From Vampirovibrionales bacterium (GTDB lineage: Bacteria > Cyanobacteriota > Vampirovibrionia > Vampirovibrionales > Vampirovibrionaceae), in contig JADJRF010000001.1 in assembly GCA_016712355.1 (NCBI GenBank), positions 23,286 through 87,285 on the forward strand: DNA of 64,000 nucleotides, given 5' to 3'. The notes beneath the pieces are model-generated. The model was not told where the DNA came from. It did no database searches and saw only the letters and a program-made list of their open reading frames with translations. A program made the position numbers and the translations under genes. This document shows, one piece after another, positions 60,517 to 64,000 of the stretch; the stretch's first letter is position 1, and every line of letters starts with the position of its first letter.

Positions 60517-60912
60517 GTGGGATTGACAACATCGCACGAATGCTGGAGTGGGTCATACGGTGCGTTTCGTCGCTGGCGCAACGCACTGGCGGCAGCAGCC
60601 GGATACCAGATCGGATTGTACGAAGACGGAAATCCAATTCCGGTTCTGGACTGGGACAGCCTGCCCGATGGGGTGTTGGCGGGCGAATGGCCGGCGACGC
60701 CGGATGATCCGCTGCTCGTCCTGCTTGCTCACTCTGACTGTGAGGGCTGGATCAGATCGGCGCAGGCGGCGCCGTTGGCAGACCGACTTGCGGAGTTGAT
60801 CGAGAAATTGCCGCCCGATACGGCGGATGCGATCTGGCGACGCCGAACCGAAGAATTTGTCGCCGGCCTACGCAAAGCGGCGGAAGCCGGCGAGGACGTG
60901 GAGTTTTTCTAA
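60517..60912 (+). CDS. Hypothetical protein
   Basis: GGGGAGGTG SD then GTG. Confidence 0.5.
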   Translation: MGLTTSHECWSGSYGAFRRWRNALAAAAGYQIGLYEDGNPIPVLDWDSLPDGVLAGEWPATPDDPLLVLLAHSDCEGWIRSAQAAPLADRLAELIEKLPPDTADAIWRRRTEEFVAGLRKAAEAGEDVEFF

Positions 60913-60924
60913 GAGACAACGCCG

Positions 60925-61503
60925 ATGGCATCGGGCAACACACACGCACGCGTCGCCTACGCACTTCAGGCGCCTATCACGCTGGCTGGCATCGTCGTCG
61001 CCATCAACTACGACGATGCGCAGTTGGGCGCCGGTCTCGTCATCGGCGGGCTGGTGGGCATTATCATCACGCCCGACATCGATCACCACGTGGTGACGCA
61101 CGAAGAACTGCGCTTCTACCAGGTGGGTGAGGTGGTCGGCGTGCTGTGGCAATGGCTGTGGGCAGGATACGAGATCGTTGTGCCTCACCGTGGCATCTCC
61201 CACGTGCCCGTCATCGGCACACTGACGCGGGCGATCTATCTGGCGGTGATTGCGCGGGTGCTGCTGTGGGTGGCGGCGGGCATCGCCGGCGACTGGTGCG
61301 TGCTGAATGCGTGCGATGTGCAGCCGGTGACTGTCGGCGCACTGTGGGATATAGCGGTGATCTTTCACCGCTTTTGGTTGGGCGTGCTGGCCGGCTGGAT
61401 CGTGCAGGACTTGGGGCACTTGCTCTTTGACCTGCCGCCGTTGGCGCTGGCCGGCGCGGTTGGGTTGATCGTAGTTGTCGTCATGGTAATTTTTGGCGCG
61501 TGA
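60925..61503 (+). CDS. Integral membrane, putative metal-binding protein (DUF2227/YdjM-like, tentative)
   Basis: Multiple TM helices with TPDIDHH and PHRGISH His/Asp clusters. Confidence 0.5.
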   Translation: MASGNTHARVAYALQAPITLAGIVVAINYDDAQLGAGLVIGGLVGIIITPDIDHHVVTHEELRFYQVGEVVGVLWQWLWAGYEIVVPHRGISHVPVIGTLTRAIYLAVIARVLLWVAAGIAGDWCVLNACDVQPVTVGALWDIAVIFHRFWLGVLAGWIVQDLGHLLFDLPPLALAGAVGLIVVVVMVIFGA

Positions 61504-61515
61504 AAGGAATCAACG

Positions 61516-62706
61516 ATGGAGAGTGTACTGAAGGCAAATCGAGAACAGTTGCTGGCGGCGGTGAAGCTGGCGATTCGCTTCCACCAAAAGAGCTTCGGCC
61601 CGCTGGACGGGATGCTGCTGATCGAGGGCGGCGACCGCGGCGTGACGGTGAGCGGCATCAATCCTGGAGAGCGGCGCATCGACGCGACGATTGGCTGCGA
61701 ACCGTTGGCCGATACATGGCCGGAAGGAGTCTTTGTCAGCGGCAAGTTGCTGAGTGAAATTCTTGGTTTGTTGCCGTCCCCGATGGTGCGCATCGGGTGG
61801 AACGACAAGACGATGGCGGTCGAGGGGTACGGAATCGATGGACGCAGCGACGCCACGACGCTCAAGGTGCGCCAGGACAACGCAACGCGGGCATTGCTCA
61901 AGTCGGCGCCAGATGACGAGGCGCCGTACTTCCTGATCGGCGCAGCGGAGTTTGGCGCGCTGGCGGGGCTGGCGACGACGGCGCGCTCTGGCGACGAAAG
62001 CCGGCCGACGTTGACCGGCGTGCGCATCGAGCTTATGCCCGACGACGACAACGACACGGCGCGACTGGCGTTTGTCTGCACGGACGGATACCGCTTGGTC
62101 AAGGCCACGACGCGCGTGCCTTATGCCGGTGACGGCAAGCGACCGATCAATCTATTGGCGCCTGGCGTTGAGATGACGCACATGGCCGGTCAACGTGGGG
62201 TTGGTGATCTGAAGTTTGTGCTGTTCGAAAACAAGATCGAGGTGAGCGGGCTGTTGGCTGGCGACATCGCGTTTCGGTTGGTGACGCACCTATCGGACGG
62301 GAATTATCCGAACTACGCCGCCATTATTCCCAACGTGGCCGGCGAGGTGATGGAGGTCGATCTGCGTGAGTTTCGCCGGCATCTGGCGACGGCGAAATCA
62401 TTCAAGCGCGACGATCTGCGCGTGGACTTCGAGTTTGGCGCGGACGCTGTGCAGTTGCGATGCAAGGATGACGAGAAGGGCGATTTCGAGTCGCGGTGTC
62501 CAATTACGCGGTTGGGCACGACTGAGCCGGTCTCGATGGCGATGAACATGGCGTATCTGGAAAGCGCCGTGACTGGGCTGCTCGACCTGGGCATTGACGA
62601 TCCGACGATGCACTATCACGCCGACAATCGCCCGTTCGTGCTGAAAGGCGAGAAGGATCACATGAGCGCTGTGGTGGTGGTCATGCCGATGATCATTCCA
62701 AAGTAG
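61516..62706 (+). CDS. dnaN: DNA polymerase III beta sliding clamp-like protein
   Basis: LTGVRIEL, FVCTDGYRLV and SDGNYPNYAAIIP match the DnaN hallmarks (TDGhRL, G.fPdY..viP). About 396 aa, three-domain size. Confidence 0.8.
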   Translation: MESVLKANREQLLAAVKLAIRFHQKSFGPLDGMLLIEGGDRGVTVSGINPGERRIDATIGCEPLADTWPEGVFVSGKLLSEILGLLPSPMVRIGWNDKTMAVEGYGIDGRSDATTLKVRQDNATRALLKSAPDDEAPYFLIGAAEFGALAGLATTARSGDESRPTLTGVRIELMPDDDNDTARLAFVCTDGYRLVKATTRVPYAGDGKRPINLLAPGVEMTHMAGQRGVGDLKFVLFENKIEVSGLLAGDIAFRLVTHLSDGNYPNYAAIIPNVAGEVMEVDLREFRRHLATAKSFKRDDLRVDFEFGADAVQLRCKDDEKGDFESRCPITRLGTTEPVSMAMNMAYLESAVTGLLDLGIDDPTMHYHADNRPFVLKGEKDHMSAVVVVMPMIIPK

Positions 62707-62783
62707 GCGCGGATATTCCTTGAGGAATAATTGACGGCGTGATATTCTGTACGGCATAAGAATCGACAATCGAAAGGAGCAAC

Positions 62784-63818
62784 ATGGTCAAGGTAATGGC
62801 GGCAAGCAAGATCGTTCTCCAGGATCGCCAGCACGCGCCGAGCGACCTGGGCGTGCTGTGGCAGGGCGCCGGCACCGACAGCGAGCGCGTGATCGAGTAT
62901 GCGGGCCGGCTGTGCTACGCCTCAACGTCGCGTCAGGGCACGGCGCCAGGCTTCATCCAGCAACGCATCAAAGAGGGACACCTCGACGTGCTGGAACATG
63001 CGTGGGCGTCAGTGCTGCTGCCGGCGGATGAGTTCGATCCGGCATTTTGGACGAAGTTCAACCGCTACCTGGAAATCCACTCGGATCATCCAGATGCACA
63101 TCTGGTAAGCGCCAACCTGCGCGTCTGGCGCGAGCTGATGGAGAACGGCCACGCGTGGGAGCTTACGGGCGCGCTGGCGTCGATTGCCCCGTCGATTTTT
63201 CAACCGCTGGTCGAAAGCCTCCGTGCGCGCCAGCAGCATGTCGAGTTCGAGATCAACGTGCCGCCATTGCCGTCCATGCCGAGCAAGCGCGCCGGCGACG
63301 CCACCGTGACCTTTGTCATGGCAAACATGCCGACGCAGAACCTGACCTATGGCTGGTCGATGCTGCATCACACGGTGGCGACGTTCCTCATCGAAGGCGT
63401 CTCGCGTGCCCTGACGCATCAGCTTGTGCGTCATCGTTTGGCGAGCGTCTCGCAGGAGTCACAGCGGTACGTCGATCTGGAGAAGGGGCAGTGGCAAGCA
63501 ATCGTGCCGCCGGCCATCGCCAACAACGTAGAGGCAATGGCTGAGTTTACGGAGTTTTGGTCTGTCGCCAAAGACAAGTACGCCAGGTTGCGCGACCTGG
63601 GTATACGCAAAGAGGATGCCCGCTTCCTGCTACCTAACGCGACCGAAACGCGCTTGTTGGTGACGATGAACCTGATTGGTTGGCGTCACTTCTGTAAGCT
63701 GCGTGCGGTGGACAAGGCGGCGCAGTGGGAAATCCGTGCAGTGGGCATGGCGATCCTGGAGTATTTAGCCGATCTTTCACCGTTTTTTGCGGACATGCTG
63801 GAGGACGCCGAGCAATGA
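62784..63818 (+). CDS. thyX: FAD-dependent thymidylate synthase ThyX
   Basis: ThyX motif LVRHRLASVSQESQRY, N-terminal AGRLCYAS...GHLDVLEH, C-terminal EDARFLLPNATET...AQWEIR. Confidence 0.9.
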   Translation: MVKVMAASKIVLQDRQHAPSDLGVLWQGAGTDSERVIEYAGRLCYASTSRQGTAPGFIQQRIKEGHLDVLEHAWASVLLPADEFDPAFWTKFNRYLEIHSDHPDAHLVSANLRVWRELMENGHAWELTGALASIAPSIFQPLVESLRARQQHVEFEINVPPLPSMPSKRAGDATVTFVMANMPTQNLTYGWSMLHHTVATFLIEGVSRALTHQLVRHRLASVSQESQRYVDLEKGQWQAIVPPAIANNVEAMAEFTEFWSVAKDKYARLRDLGIRKEDARFLLPNATETRLLVTMNLIGWRHFCKLRAVDKAAQWEIRAVGMAILEYLADLSPFFADMLEDAEQ

Positions 63819-64000
63819 CCGTGCAGCGTGGGGTGCTCACGAAGGTAACGGCGCCGGCTTCGGCGGAAACGTTCTTGCGCGACGCGGTGACGGCTGAGCA
63901 GGCAGTGCGTGAGCGCACGGTACACGCGCGTCCGATGCCGATCACCGGGCACAATATCGCCTTTGCCATGTCGGAGATGGCCGGCGAGGTGATCGACGCC
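63815..64000 (+). CDS. 5' part of a gene running off the right edge (possibly MazG-like NTP pyrophosphohydrolase)
   Basis: ATGA overlap with thyX; frame open to base 64000. AMSEMAGEVIDA resembles the MazG EExGE helix (weak). Confidence 0.35.
   Translation, partial: MTVQRGVLTKVTAPASAETFLRDAVTAEQAVRERTVHARPMPITGHNIAFAMSEMAGEVIDA

Larger units (their letters stand above)
1..64000. mobile_element. Non-structural arm of a temperate phage / phage-plasmid-like integrative element
   Basis: Short overlapping ORFs in co-directional blocks, CI/Cro-like switch, 3 recombinases, ParA/ParB-like, iteron origin with DnaC/DnaB, 6 MTase-like genes, ThyX, DnaN. No virion genes recognised. Confidence 0.7.

Overview
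GC-rich 64-kb window that reads as the non-structural arm of a temperate phage, phage-plasmid or integrative element. ORFs are short and tightly packed, with many ATGA/GTGA start-stop overlaps, and are grouped into blocks by sigma70-like promoters and stem-loop terminators. Modules I can support from sequence: a CI/Cro-like switch (32.1-33.1 kb); two tandem large serine recombinases (28.8-31.9 kb) plus a tyrosine integrase (21.0-21.9 kb); a minus-strand ParA / ParB-like / FtsK-SpoIIIE-like / small-membrane-protein block (24.2-28.3 kb); and a lambda-style replication module (initiator with five internal iterons and a phased AT-rich tract, DnaC-like loader, DnaB helicase; 34.2-37.5 kb). Also present: DnaN-like clamp, ThyX, MoxR-VWA pair, RNA-ligase-family protein, SleB-like hydrolase, six DNA-methyltransferase-like genes and two PAPS-reductase-family genes. 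I recognised no capsid, terminase, tail, rRNA, tRNA or CRISPR array. Main candidate for a novel system: an operator-controlled, terminator-bounded accessory operon (14.0-20.8 kb) next to the integrase. Its core looks like an array-less type IV-B-like CRISPR-Cas effector: Csf1-like zinc-finger protein, a 485-aa Cas7-like protein with a ~150-aa insertion, a small BrnT/DUF4258-like ORF, a Cas5-like protein and a cysH-like PP-loop enzyme, co-transcribed with a HAD phosphatase and unknown genes. Second candidate: a Mom-like GNAT + DndC-like PP-loop/Fe-S enzyme + mini-GNAT cluster (10.4-12.6 kb), possibly a DNA hypermodification pathway. All family calls rest on motifs read by eye and need profile or structure searches.
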